Source: an uncultured Actinomycetota bacterium
GTDB taxonomy: Bacteria > Actinomycetota > Actinomycetes > Actinomycetales > Quadrisphaeraceae
DNA: 64,000 bases
Direction: 5' to 3'
Assembly (NCBI GenBank): GCA_963781365.1
Contig: CAWAFR010000001.1
Coordinates: 57,481-121,480 of the forward strand
Part shown: positions 8,714 through 19,174 of the stretch, piece after piece
How positions within the stretch are numbered: the first letter of the stretch is position 1
Layout of the letters: every line of letters begins with the position of its first letter
The notes under the pieces: generated by a model
Told to the model about the DNA's origin: nothing
What the model saw: only the letters and a program-made list of their open reading frames with translations
Database searches by the model: none
Made by a program: the position numbers and the translations under genes

Positions 8714-9999
8714 CCCCTTCCACCCCTGAGCCGCACTTCCCCCGGCAAGTGCGGGAAGGAGGACGGCGCTGGGTGCTCCAGCCGGTCACGGCGGGCGTCG
8801 TCGGCGCCGTCACGGGGTACGCGAGCTCGTTCACCGTCGTGCTCGCCGGGCTGACCGCTGTCGGTTCGACGCCCGCGCAGGCGGCGTCCGGGCTGCTGGC
8901 GCTGTGCGTGCTGCAGGGCGTGCTCGCCGTCGTCCTGTCGTGGCGGCACCGGGTCCCGGTGTCGTTCGCGTGGTCGACGCCGGGTGCCGCCGTCCTGGTC
9001 GCCGCGGGGGCGAGCGGGGGCGTGACGTTCCCCGAGGCGGTGGGCGCGTTCCTGCTGTGCGGGGCGCTCGTCGTGCTCACCGGGGCCTGGCCGGCGCTCG
9101 CCCGGCTCGTCACGAGGGTGCCGGCCCCCCTGTCGGGTGCGCTGCTGGCCGGGGTGCTGCTGCCGCTGTGCCTGGCGCCGGTGGGCGCCGTCGTCAGCGA
9201 GCCGCTGGCGGGTGCCGCCGTCGTCGTGGTCTGGCTGCTGCTGCGGCGGCTCGCGCCGACGTGGGCGGTGCCGGCGGCGCTCGTCGTCGCCCTGGTGCTC
9301 ACGCTCACCGTCGAGCGGGGCGACCGCGCCGCTGCTGGCGGTGCCGGCAGTGGCCTGAGCTGGGTGCCGGCGCTCGCGTGGACGACGCCGCAGCTCGACC
9401 CGCTGGTGCTGCTGAGCGTCGGCCTGCCGCTGTACCTGGTGACGATGGCGAGCCAGAACGTGCCGGGCCTGGCCGTGCTGCGCGGCGCCGGCTACCCCCA
9501 CCCGCCGGCGCGGTCGGCGCTGGTCGGTTCGGGCGCCGCCACCGTGCTCGGCGCTCCCTTCGGGGCCCACGCCGTCAACCTCGCAGCCCTGTCTGCCGCG
9601 ATCATGGCGGGTCCGGACTCCCACCCGGACCCCCGCCGCCGCTGGCCGGCGGCCGTCACCGGCGGCGTGGTCTACCTGCTCGTGCTGGCGCCGCTGTCGG
9701 CGGCCGCGGCGTCGCTGGTCTCCTCCGCTCCCCCGGTGCTCGTGCAGGCCGTCGCCGGGCTGGCGCTGCTCGGGGCGTTCCTCGGCGGGCTCGCCTCCGC
9801 CGTCGACGCCGCGCAGCCTGCGGAGCACCGGACCGCAGCCGTGCTCGCACTGCTCGTCGTGGCCTCCGGCGTGAGCGTGCTGGGGATCGGCAGCGCGGTG
9901 TGGGGGCTCCTTGCGGGCGCGGTCTGCTGGGCCTGGCTGCGCCCGCGCACCGGCGCCGGTGCCGGTGCCGGTGCCGGTGCCGGTGCCGGTGCCGCATGA
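8710..9999 (+). CDS. benE: BenE-family benzoate/H+ symporter-like transporter
   Basis: GYASSF, AWSTPGAA, LPLYLVTMASQNVPG, HAVNLAALSAAI; GTGA overlap with the MocR gene. Confidence 0.9.
   Translation: MTPSTPEPHFPRQVREGGRRWVLQPVTAGVVGAVTGYASSFTVVLAGLTAVGSTPAQAASGLLALCVLQGVLAVVLSWRHRVPVSFAWSTPGAAVLVAAGASGGVTFPEAVGAFLLCGALVVLTGAWPALARLVTRVPAPLSGALLAGVLLPLCLAPVGAVVSEPLAGAAVVVVWLLLRRLAPTWAVPAALVVALVLTLTVERGDRAAAGGAGSGLSWVPALAWTTPQLDPLVLLSVGLPLYLVTMASQNVPGLAVLRGAGYPHPPARSALVGSGAATVLGAPFGAHAVNLAALSAAIMAGPDSHPDPRRRWPAAVTGGVVYLLVLAPLSAAAASLVSSAPPVLVQAVAGLALLGAFLGGLASAVDAAQPAEHRTAAVLALLVVASGVSVLGIGSAVWGLLAGAVCWAWLRPRTGAGAGAGAGAGAGAA
9952..9993. repeat. (GGTGCC)~7 hexamer tandem encoding a GA tail of BenE
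   Basis: ggcgcc ggtgcc ggtgcc ggtgcc ggtgcc ggtgcc ggtgcc. Confidence 0.9.
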
Positions 10000-10033
10000 T
10001 CTCGAGGATGGGACGACGTGCTGGGGAGCGACC

Positions 10034-11202
10034 ATGAGGATCCGCGGAGCCGTCCTCGTCGAGGTCGGCAGGGAGCGCCCCTACGCCGACAGCCGCCCCC
10101 TGGAGGTGGTCGAGCTCGAGCTCGACCCGCCCGGCCCGGGTGAGCTGCTGGTGCGCATCGAGGCGGCCGGCGTGTGCCACTCGGACCTGTCCGTGGTCGA
10201 CGGCAACCGGGTGCGCCCCGTGCCGATGCTCCTGGGCCACGAAGCCGTCGGGCGGGTCGAGGCGGTCGGGCAGGGCGTCGACGACGTCGCCGTCGGCCAG
10301 CGCGTGGTGATGGCCTTCCTCCCCCGCTGCGGGGAGTGCGCGAGCTGCCGCACCGACGGCCGGCTGCCCTGCACGCCGGGGTCGGCGTCCAACGACGCCG
10401 GGGAGCTGCTCGGCGGCGGGCGGCGGCTGCACGCCGTCGCGGCGCTGGGGTCCGGCGACGACGCCGTCGAGGCCGGTGGGGAGGTGCACCACCACCTCGG
10501 CGTCAGCGGCTTCGCGACGCACGCGTGGTCGACCGCCGCTCCGCGGTGCCCGTCGACGACGACGTGCCGCCCGCGGTCGCCGCCGTGCTGGGCTGCGCGG
10601 TGCTCACCGGCGGCGGCGCCGTGCTCAACGCCGGGCGGCCCGCGCAGGGCGACGCCGTCGTCGTCGTCGGGCTCGGCGGCGTCGGCATGGCGGCCCTCAT
10701 CACGGCCGTCTCGCTCGGGCTGGGCGAGGTGATCGGCGTCGACGCGGTGCCGGAGAAGCTGGCGCGCGCCCGCGAGCTCGGCGCCTCGGCGGTGCACACC
10801 CCCGCCGAGGCGCTCGCGTCGGGTGTGAAGGCGCCCGTCGTCATCGAGGCGGCGGGCAGCGCCCGGGCCTTCGAGACCGCCGTCGCCCTCACCGCGGTCG
10901 GAGGCACCACCGTCACGGTGGGGCTGCCGGCGCCCACGGCGGAGGCGACGATCAGGCCCCTCGGGCTCACCGCGGAGGCGCGGACCATCGTCGGCAGCTA
11001 CCTCGGGTCGGCGGTGCCGTCGCGCGACATCCCCACCTACGCGCAGCTGTGGCGCGAGGGGAGGCTGCCGGTCGACGAGCTCATCTCCTCGACCACCACG
11101 CTCGACGGCATCAACGAGGCGATGGACGCGCTCGCCGAGGGCCGCGCGGTGCGCCAGGTGGTCCTCTTCGACGGCCCCGCGGCAGCAGGAGGAGGATCGT
11201 GA
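10034..11202 (+). CDS. Zinc-dependent alcohol dehydrogenase; frameshift near 10525
   Basis: GVCHSD, GHEAVG, CGECASC...C, LGCAVLTGGG, GLGGVG. Confidence 0.9.
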
Positions 11203-12719
11203 CCATGACGATGCAGGTGTCCCGCGAGCAGATCCCCTCCGAGCAGGCGACCCGCGAGGAGGCGCTGCTCGCGTCCGTGCCCACCGACCTGCTCATCGGC
11301 GGCCGGTGGGTGCCGGCCTCGACCGGTGAGCGCTTCGACGTGGAGGACCCGGCCACCGGTGCGGTGCTCACCACCGTCGCCGACGCGAGCGTCGAGGACG
11401 GCGCCGCCGCCCTGGACGCCGCCGTCGCCGCGCAGGCCTCGTGGGGGCGCACCGCGCCGCGCGAGCGCGCCGAGCTGCTGCGCCGCGCGTTCGACGCCGT
11501 CATCGCCCGCACCGACGACCTCGCGCTCCTCATGACCCTGGAGATGGGCAAGTCGCTCGCGGAGGCGCGCGGCGAGGTGGCGTACGGCGGGGAGTTCCTG
11601 CGCTGGTCCTCCGAGCAGGCGGCGCGCGTCGCGGGCCGCTACGTGCCCGCCCCCGACGGCAAGCAGCGCCTGCTCGTGGTAAGAAGCCGGTGGGCCCGTG
11701 CCTGCTCATCACGCCGTGGAACTTCCCGCTGGCGATGGCGACCCGCAAGATCGCGCCCGGCGCTGGCGGCGGGCTGCACGGTCGTCCTCAAGCCCGCGGC
11801 GCAGACGCCGCTGACGTCGCTGCTGTTCGCGCAGGTCCTGCTCGACGAGGCGGGGCTGCCGGCCGGCGTCGTCAACGTCATCCCGACCACGCGCGCGGGC
11901 GAGGTCACCGGTCCGATCATCGCCGACCCGCGGCTGCGCAAGCTGTCGTTCACCGGCTCCACGCCGGTCGGGCAAGGCGCTGCTGCGAGCAGGCCGCCGA
12001 CGGCGTGCTGCGCACCTCGATGGAGCTCGGCGGCAACGCGCCGTTCCTCGTCTTCGACGACGCCGACGTCGACGCCGCCGTCGAAGGCGCCCTGCTGGCC
12101 AAGCTGCGCAACAGCGGGGAGGCGTGCACCTCCGCGAACCGGTTCTACGTGCAGCGCGTCGGTGGCGGAGGCGTTCTCCTCCAAGCTCGCGGCGCGGGTC
12201 GGGGCGATGAAGGTCGGCCGCGGCACCGAGGAGGGCGCGCAGGTCGGCCCGGTCATCAACGAGAAGGGCCGCGCCAAGGTCGCGGAGCTCGTCGACGACG
12301 CCGTCTCCCGCGGCGCCACCGTGCTCACCGGCGGCTCCCGCGTGGAGGGCCCGGGGTACTTCTTCGCGCCGACCGTGCTGGCCGACGTCGCCCCCGGCGC
12401 GCGGCTCCTCAAGGAGGAGATCTTCGGCCCGGTGGCCCCGGTGACCACGTTCGAGACCGAGGACGAGGCCGTCGCGCTCGCCAACGACACCGAGTTCGGC
12501 CTCATCTCCTACGCCTACACCGCCTCGACGTCGCGGGCGCTGCGCCTGGCCGAGACCCTGGAGACGGGGATGCTCGGGATCAACACCGGCGTCATCTCCA
12601 ACCCGGCGGCGCCGTTCGGCGGAGTCAAGCAGTCGGGCCTGGGCCGCGAGGGCGGCGAGGAGGGCATCGAGGAGTACCTCGAGACCCTGTACGTCGGCAT
12701 CGCCGACCCCTGGGCCTGA
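11199..12719 (+). CDS. gabD: NAD(P)-dependent succinate-semialdehyde dehydrogenase; several frameshifts 11680-12155
   Basis: [80 protein letters not shown]. Confidence 0.85.
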   Translation: MTMTMQVSREQIPSEQATREEALLASVPTDLLIGGRWVPASTGERFDVEDPATGAVLTTVADASVEDGAAALDAAVAAQASWGRTAPRERAELLRRAFDAVIARTDDLALLMTLEMGKSLAEARGEVAYGGEFLRWSSEQAARVAGRYVPAPDGKQRLLVVRSRWARACSSRRGTSRWRWRPARSRPALAAGCTVVLKPAAQTPLTSLLFAQVLLDEAGLPAGVVNVIPTTRAGEVTGPIIADPRLRKLSFTGSTPVGQGAAASRPPTACCAPRWSSAATRRSSSSTTPTSTPPSKAPCWPSCATAGRRAPPRTGSTCSASVAEAFSSKLAARVGAMKVGRGTEEGAQVGPVINEKGRAKVAELVDDAVSRGATVLTGGSRVEGPGYFFAPTVLADVAPGARLLKEEIFGPVAPVTTFETEDEAVALANDTEFGLISYAYTASTSRALRLAETLETGMLGINTGVISNPAAPFGGVKQSGLGREGGEEGIEEYLETLYVGIADPWA

Positions 12720-12733
12720 CCCGCGGGTCCCGT

Positions 12734-12814
12734 GCGGCCCGACGGGCGTGCAGAACCTCACCGGACAGCGTCGTCGCCGGCCGCGATCAGGGTTCTGCAC
12801 GCCGGTCGGGCCGC
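12734..12814. repeat. Long intergenic inverted repeat (hairpin family B, copy 1); may also act as a terminator after gabD
   Basis: GCGGCCCGACGGGCGTGCAGAACC (12734-12757) and GGTTCTGCACGCCGGTCGGGCCGC (12791-12814): 23 of 24 positions pair. Confidence 0.85.
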
Positions 12815-12828
12815 GTCAGGATGGGGGC

Positions 12829-13305
12829 ATGACCAGCGAGGCGACCCGTGGCGTGACGAGCGGCGTGGTGGTGCGGAGCGCCGGGGTGGACGACCTCCCG
12901 GAAGCAGCGCGGCTCTTCGCCGGGTACCTCGACTCCTACGGGATCAGCCACGACGGCGCAGCGGCGAGCGCCTACCTCCGCGAGCGCATCGCCACCGGCC
13001 AGAGCCTCGTGCTGCTGGCCGAGGTGGGCGGCTCGGCGGTGGGCTTCGCCCAGGTCCACCCGACCTGGGCCTCCCTGGAGCTCGCTCCCGCCTGGGTCCT
13101 GTCCGACCTGTTCGTCGACCCCCCGGCTCGCCGGCGGGGGGTCGGGCGGTCGCTGCTGCGCGGGGTCACCGTGCGGGCCCGCGCGGCGGGCGCGACCACC
13201 GCCGTGCTGGAGACGGCCCACACCAACACGGCGGCGCAGGCGCTCTACGAGGGCGAGGGGTGGGTGCGGGACACGACCTACCGCACCTACGCGCTGGAGC
13301 TCTGA
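12829..13305 (+). CDS. GNAT N-acetyltransferase
   Basis: [13 protein letters not shown]...[22 protein letters not shown]...[15 protein letters not shown]; CAGGAT -10 six nt upstream. Confidence 0.9.
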   Translation: MTSEATRGVTSGVVVRSAGVDDLPEAARLFAGYLDSYGISHDGAAASAYLRERIATGQSLVLLAEVGGSAVGFAQVHPTWASLELAPAWVLSDLFVDPPARRRGVGRSLLRGVTVRARAAGATTAVLETAHTNTAAQALYEGEGWVRDTTYRTYALEL

Positions 13306-13387
13306 GGCTGCCGCCGGGCGGAGCAGGACGCGCACCCTGTCCGAACCCCCTCCGGTCCACTACGCTCCGCCCGCGGAGGTGGGCGCC

Positions 13388-16038
13388 ATGGAACAGCGCA
13401 AGCTCGGTCCCTACGTGCTCGAGGAGCTGCTGGGTGCGGGCGGGATGGGCGAGGTCTACCGCGCCCACGACACCGTCCGCGACCGCAGGGTGGCGCTCAA
13501 GGTGCTGCCCGAGGCGTTCAGCCACGACCACGAGTACAGCTCGAGGTTCCGGCGCGAGCAGCACATCGCCGCGCGGCTGCGCGACCCGCACATCATCCCG
13601 ATCCACGACTTCGGCGAGATCGACGGGCGGCTCTTCATCGACATGCGCCTGGTCGACGGGCGAGACCTGTCGCAGCCTGCTCGCCGAGCGGGGCCCTGCC
13701 GCCGGACCGCGCGGTGCACCTCATCGACCAGGTCGCCGCAGGCCCTCGACGCCGCCCACGCGGAGGGTCTCGTGCACCGCGACATCAAGCCGTCGAACTT
13801 CCTGGTCACGCCGAGCGGCGTTCGTCTACGTCGTCGACTTCGGCATCGCCCGCGAAGGTGGGCACCACCCGCACGTCGCTGACGGTCACCGGCGCCACGG
13901 TCGGCACCCTCGACTACATGGCGCCGGAGCGGTTCACCACGGCGCCGCTCGACGCCCGCGCCGACATCTACTCCCTCGCCTGCCTGCTGTACGAGTGCCT
14001 CACGGCGCAGCGGCCGTTCCCCGGCCACGACCTGCCCTCGCTGATGTACGCGCACTTCTACACCGAGCCGGAGCCGCCGAGCCGCCACGCGTCCGACCTG
14101 CCGGGCGGGCTGGACGAGGTGGTCCTGCGCGGCATGGCGAAGAACCCCGACGACCGGTACGCCACCGCCGGTGAGCTCGCCGCCGCGGCGCACGCCGCGC
14201 TCGGGGGTCGTGCGCTGCTCGCGGCGTCGTGGACGCCGCCGAAGCCGTCGCTCGCCAAGACCGCCGGTGCGCCGGCCGCAGGTGCCGCAGCGGTGACGAC
14301 CACCGGCCCGACGACGGGCGCACTCGCGGGCGCTGCGGGTGCTGTCGGCGCTGTCGGTGCGGCCGAGGCCGCCGCTGCCGCGGCCGCTCGCACCGGGAGG
14401 TCACCCACCGGGGTGCGGCAGCGTCGGAGACCACCCACCGCCCCGGGGCGCAGGACACCGCGCCGCCCGCCGTGGTCGACCTCACGGACGACCAGGAGAC
14501 CCGGGCCGGTCCCTGGCCGACGCCGTCGCCGTCGCCGGGTGGGATGGGCCTCGTCGTCGCCGGCGGCGCCCACCGCACCGTCGACCCGCTCCCACGGTGG
14601 CAAACGTCTCCAGCGGGGCGACCGCGGCACCGGCTGCTGCCGCAGCAGCGCCGGCAGTCCCGGCCGCACCGGCCCCGGCCACGGACCTGCCGACGCAGGC
14701 CCCGCCGTCACCGACGTCGTCGCCCGTCGTCCTGCCAGACCACGGACCCGCCCGCGGACCCGGCTACGGACCCGCTCCACAGCAGCCGGGCCCGGACCAG
14801 GGCACCCGCCGGGCCAGCCGCGGTACCCGGACGACCACCAGCAGGGGTACCGGGGCGGCCAGCAGCCACCCGCCGGTGGCCACCCGCCGGTCCCGGCCCC
14901 CCGCAGGAGGCGTCGGGGGACCCTCGCCCTGGTCATCGTCGCCGCGTGCCTCGTCGTCGCCCTCGTGGCCGCCGGCGCCTGGTACATCCTGGACCCGCTC
15001 GGCCGGGACGGCGGTGGCGCCCCCGCAGCCGCCGGGACCTCAGCGGCGGCGTCCGCCGCGAGCGCTGCGCCCGAGCAGTCACCGACGCAGTCAGCGCCGC
15101 CCGCGGCGAGCGTCGCCATGCCCACCGTCGGCGACACGATCCCGGTCGGCCTGACACCCCGGGCTACATGGAGGTGGCGCCCAACGGCCGCTTCGCCTAC
15201 ATCGCCAACCGCGACGCCGGGTGGTCACCGTGCTGGACACGACGATCAACAAGGTCACCGCGACCATCCCGATCCCGCAGGGCCCGCCGCAGTTCGTGTC
15301 GCTTCTCGCCCACGCGGCGACCGGGCCTACATCAGCATCTACCACAAGACCGGTGACACACCTAACGACACTGAGTCGTCTTCGTCGACACCGCGACGAA
15401 CAACGTCACCGCCGACGTCCCGGTCGGGCCAGCAAGCCCTTCGCCTCGGCGACCACCCCCGACGGGCAAGCTGCTCTACGTGCCCAGCCACGACACGGCC
15501 GGCTCGACATCATCGACACGAGCCACGCAGCACCGTGGTCGAGGAGCCCGGTGGCGCGCAACCCGCACTGGGTGGCGTTCAGCAAGGACGGCAGGTCCTC
15601 TACACCGCCAACCACGAGTCCGGCGTGGTCACCGTGATCGACGCGGCCGACGACACGTCGACCACCAAGAGATCCCGGTCGGGGCAAGGCCCCCCACAGC
15701 ACCGCCGTCTCCCCCGACGGGAAGCCGCGTCTCGGTGGTCAACTACGACAGCAACGAGGTCTCGGTGATCGACACGGCCACCGAGCAGGTCGTGGCGACG
15801 ATCCCGGTCGAGCAGCAAGCCCCAGGACATCGCCTACGCCCCCGACGGCCGGTACTTGTACACCGCCAACGTCGACGCCGGCACCGTGACGGTGATCGGC
15901 ACCGCGACCAACACGGTCACCGCCAGCATCCCCATGGGCGGCAACCCGACGAGCATCTCGGTGCTGCCGAACGGGAAGCAGGCGTACGTGACCCTGCTCG
16001 ACCAGGGTCTCGTGAGGATCCTCGACCTCTCGGCCTGA
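13388..16038 (+). CDS. Hanks-type Ser/Thr protein kinase with TM helix and extracellular YVTN beta-propeller; many frameshifts
   Basis: LGAGGMGEVY, VALKVL, HRDIKPSN, DFGIA, GTLDYMAPE; TM LALVIVAACLVVALVAAGAWYIL; repeats VTVLDTTINKVTATIP, YTANHESGVVTVID, YTANVDAGTVTVIGTATNTVTASIP. Confidence 0.85.
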
Positions 16039-16106
16039 GCCCGCTGCACCTCCACCTCCGGCTCCCCCACCCGCTCTGGCCACTCAGGTCGGGGGCGGGG
16101 GCGGGG

Positions 16107-16889
16107 TCAGCCCGCGAGGGCGTCGAAGTCGGACAGCTCCTCGGTCGTGACGTTGCCGGACAGCCGCGCCCAGCGCGCGAGGTCGGGCAGGAACGACTGG
16201 CGGCCCGCGCGCTCGGCGCCCGCCTCCTCCCACACCCCGCCGACGCCGTGGACCGTCGCGAGCTCCCGCCGCAGGTCGTCGAGGACGTTCCGGATCGTCT
16301 TCGCGCTGGTCCGGTGGCCGCGCTCGGCGAGGATCGCCTCCATGTCGGCGTAGCTCGGCGTCCCGTGCTGCCCGTTCCACCCGAAGGCCGCCGGCAGGCA
16401 CAGCGCGCACAGCAGCGCCCGGTGGCGCGGCGTCAGCGAGGCGATGCGCGCGAACCCCACCGTGGCGCCGCTGACACCCCCGACCACGGCCGTCATCGGC
16501 AGCGGCGCCGGGGGGACCGACGCCCGGAGCCCGGTCGCGTCGACAGCGACGGCGTAGCGGCCGCGCTCGCCGTCGATGACCACGGTGACGAGGTCGTGCG
16601 GGCCGGTCCCCGAGGTCATCAGGGGTGCCACCTCGAACGGCTCCCCGGGGAAGACCTCCACGACCAGGGACCGCTTGTCGGAGGTGTTGTGGATCAGGAC
16701 GCCGTCGGCGCGGGCCTCCAGGCGCCCGGCGTAGCGGGGGATGCGGAGGTCGGCCGGCTCGTGGCCGATCCGCAGGTCGTTGCCCTGGCCGCGCCCGAAG
16801 GTGAGCGACTCCCCCGGGGCGAGCTGGTGCCGCGCGGGGCCGCACCGGACGACGACGACCGACCTGCCCGCTGGGGCCCCTGCAGCCAC
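16107..16889 (-). CDS. FHA-like domain protein with C-terminal HTH-like region
   Basis: LTFGRGQGNDLRIGH...IPRYAG...IHN; C-terminus LTPRHRALLCALC...PSYADMEAIL...SAKTIRNVLDDLRREL; TAGAGT -10 six nt before the start. Confidence 0.65.
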   Translation of the reverse strand: MAAGAPAGRSVVVVRCGPARHQLAPGESLTFGRGQGNDLRIGHEPADLRIPRYAGRLEARADGVLIHNTSDKRSLVVEVFPGEPFEVAPLMTSGTGPHDLVTVVIDGERGRYAVAVDATGLRASVPPAPLPMTAVVGGVSGATVGFARIASLTPRHRALLCALCLPAAFGWNGQHGTPSYADMEAILAERGHRTSAKTIRNVLDDLRRELATVHGVGGVWEEAGAERAGRQSFLPDLARWARLSGNVTTEELSDFDALAG

Positions 16890-16915
16890 CCGCGGACTCT
16901 AGCGAGACCGCGGTG

Positions 16916-16988
16916 GGTGGCGGAACAGCATGATCACGCGGAGGCCGGGCGCCCACACACTCCCCGGACGTGATCCGGCAGTCCCGCC
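16916..16988. repeat. GTGATCATG-family inverted pair
   Basis: GGCGGAACAGCATGATCACG (16919-16938) ... CGTGATCCGGCAGTCCCGCC (16969-16988). Confidence 0.7.
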
Positions 16989-17065
16989 TCGCGTCAGGCG
17001 CCGCCGACGGCCGAGCTGGTGGTGCGCGGCGACGGCGACGGCGAAGACCGCCCCCTGGAGCCAGG

Positions 17066-17401
17066 TCAGGGGATTGAGGGACAGTCGTTGAAGGACAGCG
17101 CAGCAGGCATGCGTGCTCCAGGCGGTGGGTCGGTCGACGGGGACGAGGTCCCCGTGCCGGGCCGGCGCTGGAGGTCAACGAGCGGGGCGGCGCGGGGTGG
17201 TCCCCGCGCCCGGGGGCGGGCGCTGCCCGGCCTGCCGGGCCGGTCGTCGAGGATGACGGCGACCGCCGCGTCCCAGCGCACCGCCGGCGCCCGCGGCGGC
17301 GCTGCCACGAGCAGGACGACGACGGCGAGCATCGCCAGGCCGGCGAGGACGGCGAGCGCCTCGAGCCAGCGCCGGAGCGCGGTCACGGGGCCTCGGGTCA
17401 C
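17066..17401 (-). CDS. Small hypothetical single-TM protein; 3' end uncertain
   Basis: Hydrophobic LEALAVLAGLAMLAVVVLLVAA followed by a low-complexity tail. Confidence 0.35.
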   Translation of the reverse strand: MTRGPVTALRRWLEALAVLAGLAMLAVVVLLVAAPPRAPAVRWDAAVAVILDDRPGRPGSARPRARGPPRAAPLVDLQRRPGTGTSSPSTDPPPGARMPAALSFNDCPSIP

Positions 17402-17496
17402 CGCTCCAGGGTGCTGGGCCGCGAGGCGCTGGGCGCAACGGCCGAGCGCCTGGCAGGGTTGTCGCGGGTTCGGGACGCGAGTAGGTTCCTGCGACC

Positions 17497-18351
17497 GTGC
17501 GTCGCCCGCGGAACACCCAGGGCGACGGCGCGCCGGCAGGCCCCGTCAGGGCCTGGCTGCGGGTCCACGGCCGGCTCCTCGCCTCGGGCTTCCGCCGCGG
17601 AGCCGCCTACCGCGGGGCCGCGCTCGGCGGCCTGGTCGCCAACGTGACGTTCGGCTTCCTCAAGGTCAGCGTCCTCACCGCAGCGGTCACCGCCGGCGGT
17701 GGTGAGCTCGGTGGGTACGACACCCGCGCGATCGTCGCCTACGCCTGGCTGAGCCAGGCGCTGCTCGGTTCCGTGAACCTCTTCGGCCGCACCGACCTGG
17801 CCGAGCGCATGAAGGACGGCAGCGTCGCCGTCGACCTGCTGCGCCCGGTCGACGTGCAGACCGCGACCACCGCGCAGGAGGTCGGCCGAGCGCTGTTCAC
17901 CCTGCTGCCGCGCGGGGTGCCGATCGTCGTCCTCGGGATCGTCGTCGGGGGGATGCGGCTGCCGCTCGACCCGGTGTCGCTCGCGCTGGGGGTGCTCAGC
18001 ACCGTCCTGGCGATCCTCCTGTCCTACCTCGTGGTCTACCTCGTGGCGGTCAGCGGCTTCTGGACGGTCGAGACCCGCGGGCTGCAGGTGCTCTACATGA
18101 TCGTGTCGGGCTTCCTCGCGGGGCTGTTCGTGCCGGTGACCCTGTTCCCGGACTGGCTGCTGGCCCTGGCGCTCGCGACGCCGTTCCCGTCCGTCCTGCA
18201 GGTGCCGATCGACGTCGTCTCCGGGCGGGTGGCGGGCGCGGAGGCGCTCGGCGTCGTCGGGGTCCAGCTGGCGTGGCTGGCCGGGGTGTACGCCGTCGGC
18301 AACCTCCTCACCCGCGCCGGGCGCCGGCGGCTGGAGGTGCAGGGTGGCTGA
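17497..18351 (+). CDS. ABC-2 family exporter permease
   Basis: AYRGAALGGLVAN, YAWLSQAL, DGSVAVDLLRPVD, FLAGLFVPVTLFP, RRLEVQGG. Confidence 0.9.
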   Translation: MRRPRNTQGDGAPAGPVRAWLRVHGRLLASGFRRGAAYRGAALGGLVANVTFGFLKVSVLTAAVTAGGGELGGYDTRAIVAYAWLSQALLGSVNLFGRTDLAERMKDGSVAVDLLRPVDVQTATTAQEVGRALFTLLPRGVPIVVLGIVVGGMRLPLDPVSLALGVLSTVLAILLSYLVVYLVAVSGFWTVETRGLQVLYMIVSGFLAGLFVPVTLFPDWLLALALATPFPSVLQVPIDVVSGRVAGAEALGVVGVQLAWLAGVYAVGNLLTRAGRRRLEVQGG

Positions 18352-19174
18352 CGCGAACTCCCTCGGTCGACGCGGAGGTGGGTGGAGGCCCTACCGGGCG
18401 GTGCTCGCGAGCCGGGTGCGCGCGCAGACCAGCTACCGCAGCAGCTTCGCGCTCGACCTCGGCAGCTCCCTCCTCATCGGCCTCGTCGAGCTGGCCGAGG
18501 TCTGGGTGCTGTACCGCTCCGTCGACAGCATCGGCGGGCTCGACCTGGCTGCGGTGCTGCTCGTCTTCGCCCTCGCAGACACCTCGTTCAGCGTCGCCGA
18601 CATGCTCGTCGGGCACGTCGACACGCTCCCCCGCCACCTGCGCGCCGGCACCCTCGACGTCTTCTACCTGCGCCCGCAGCCACTGCTGGCGCAGCTGGTG
18701 ACCAGCGAGATCAGCCTGCGGCGGGTGACGCGCATCGCCGTCGGACTCGCAGTGCTCGTGGTGGCGCTGGTGGTGAACGACGTCGCGTGGACTCCGGCGA
18801 CGGTGGCTTACCTCGCCGTCGTCCTGGTCACCGGCACCGTGACGTTCACGGGCGTCTTCGTCGCGGCGGCGGGCGTGCAGTTCTTCCTCGTCGACGCCGC
18901 GGAGATGACCAACGCCGTCGTCTACGGCGGCCGGTACGCGGCCACGCAGCCGGCGTCGGTGTGGAACAAGCCTCTGGTGGCGCTGTTCGGGTTCGCGGTG
19001 CCGATCGCCTTCACCGCCTACCTGCCGACGCTGGTGCTGCTCGACCTGCCCGGCCCGCCGGGGATGCCGGCGTGGCTGGGCTGGCTCGCGCCGGTGGCTG
19101 CGGTGTGGACGTGGGCGGTCGCGCTGCTGGCGTGGCGGACCGGGGTGCGGCACTACCAGGGGGGCGGCGGATGA
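18344..19174 (+). CDS. ABC-2 family exporter permease
   Basis: RAQTSYRSSF, GTLDVFYLRPQP, PIAFTAYLP, GVRHYQGGGG. Confidence 0.9.
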   Translation: MADANSLGRRGGGWRPYRAVLASRVRAQTSYRSSFALDLGSSLLIGLVELAEVWVLYRSVDSIGGLDLAAVLLVFALADTSFSVADMLVGHVDTLPRHLRAGTLDVFYLRPQPLLAQLVTSEISLRRVTRIAVGLAVLVVALVVNDVAWTPATVAYLAVVLVTGTVTFTGVFVAAAGVQFFLVDAAEMTNAVVYGGRYAATQPASVWNKPLVALFGFAVPIAFTAYLPTLVLLDLPGPPGMPAWLGWLAPVAAVWTWAVALLAWRTGVRHYQGGGG

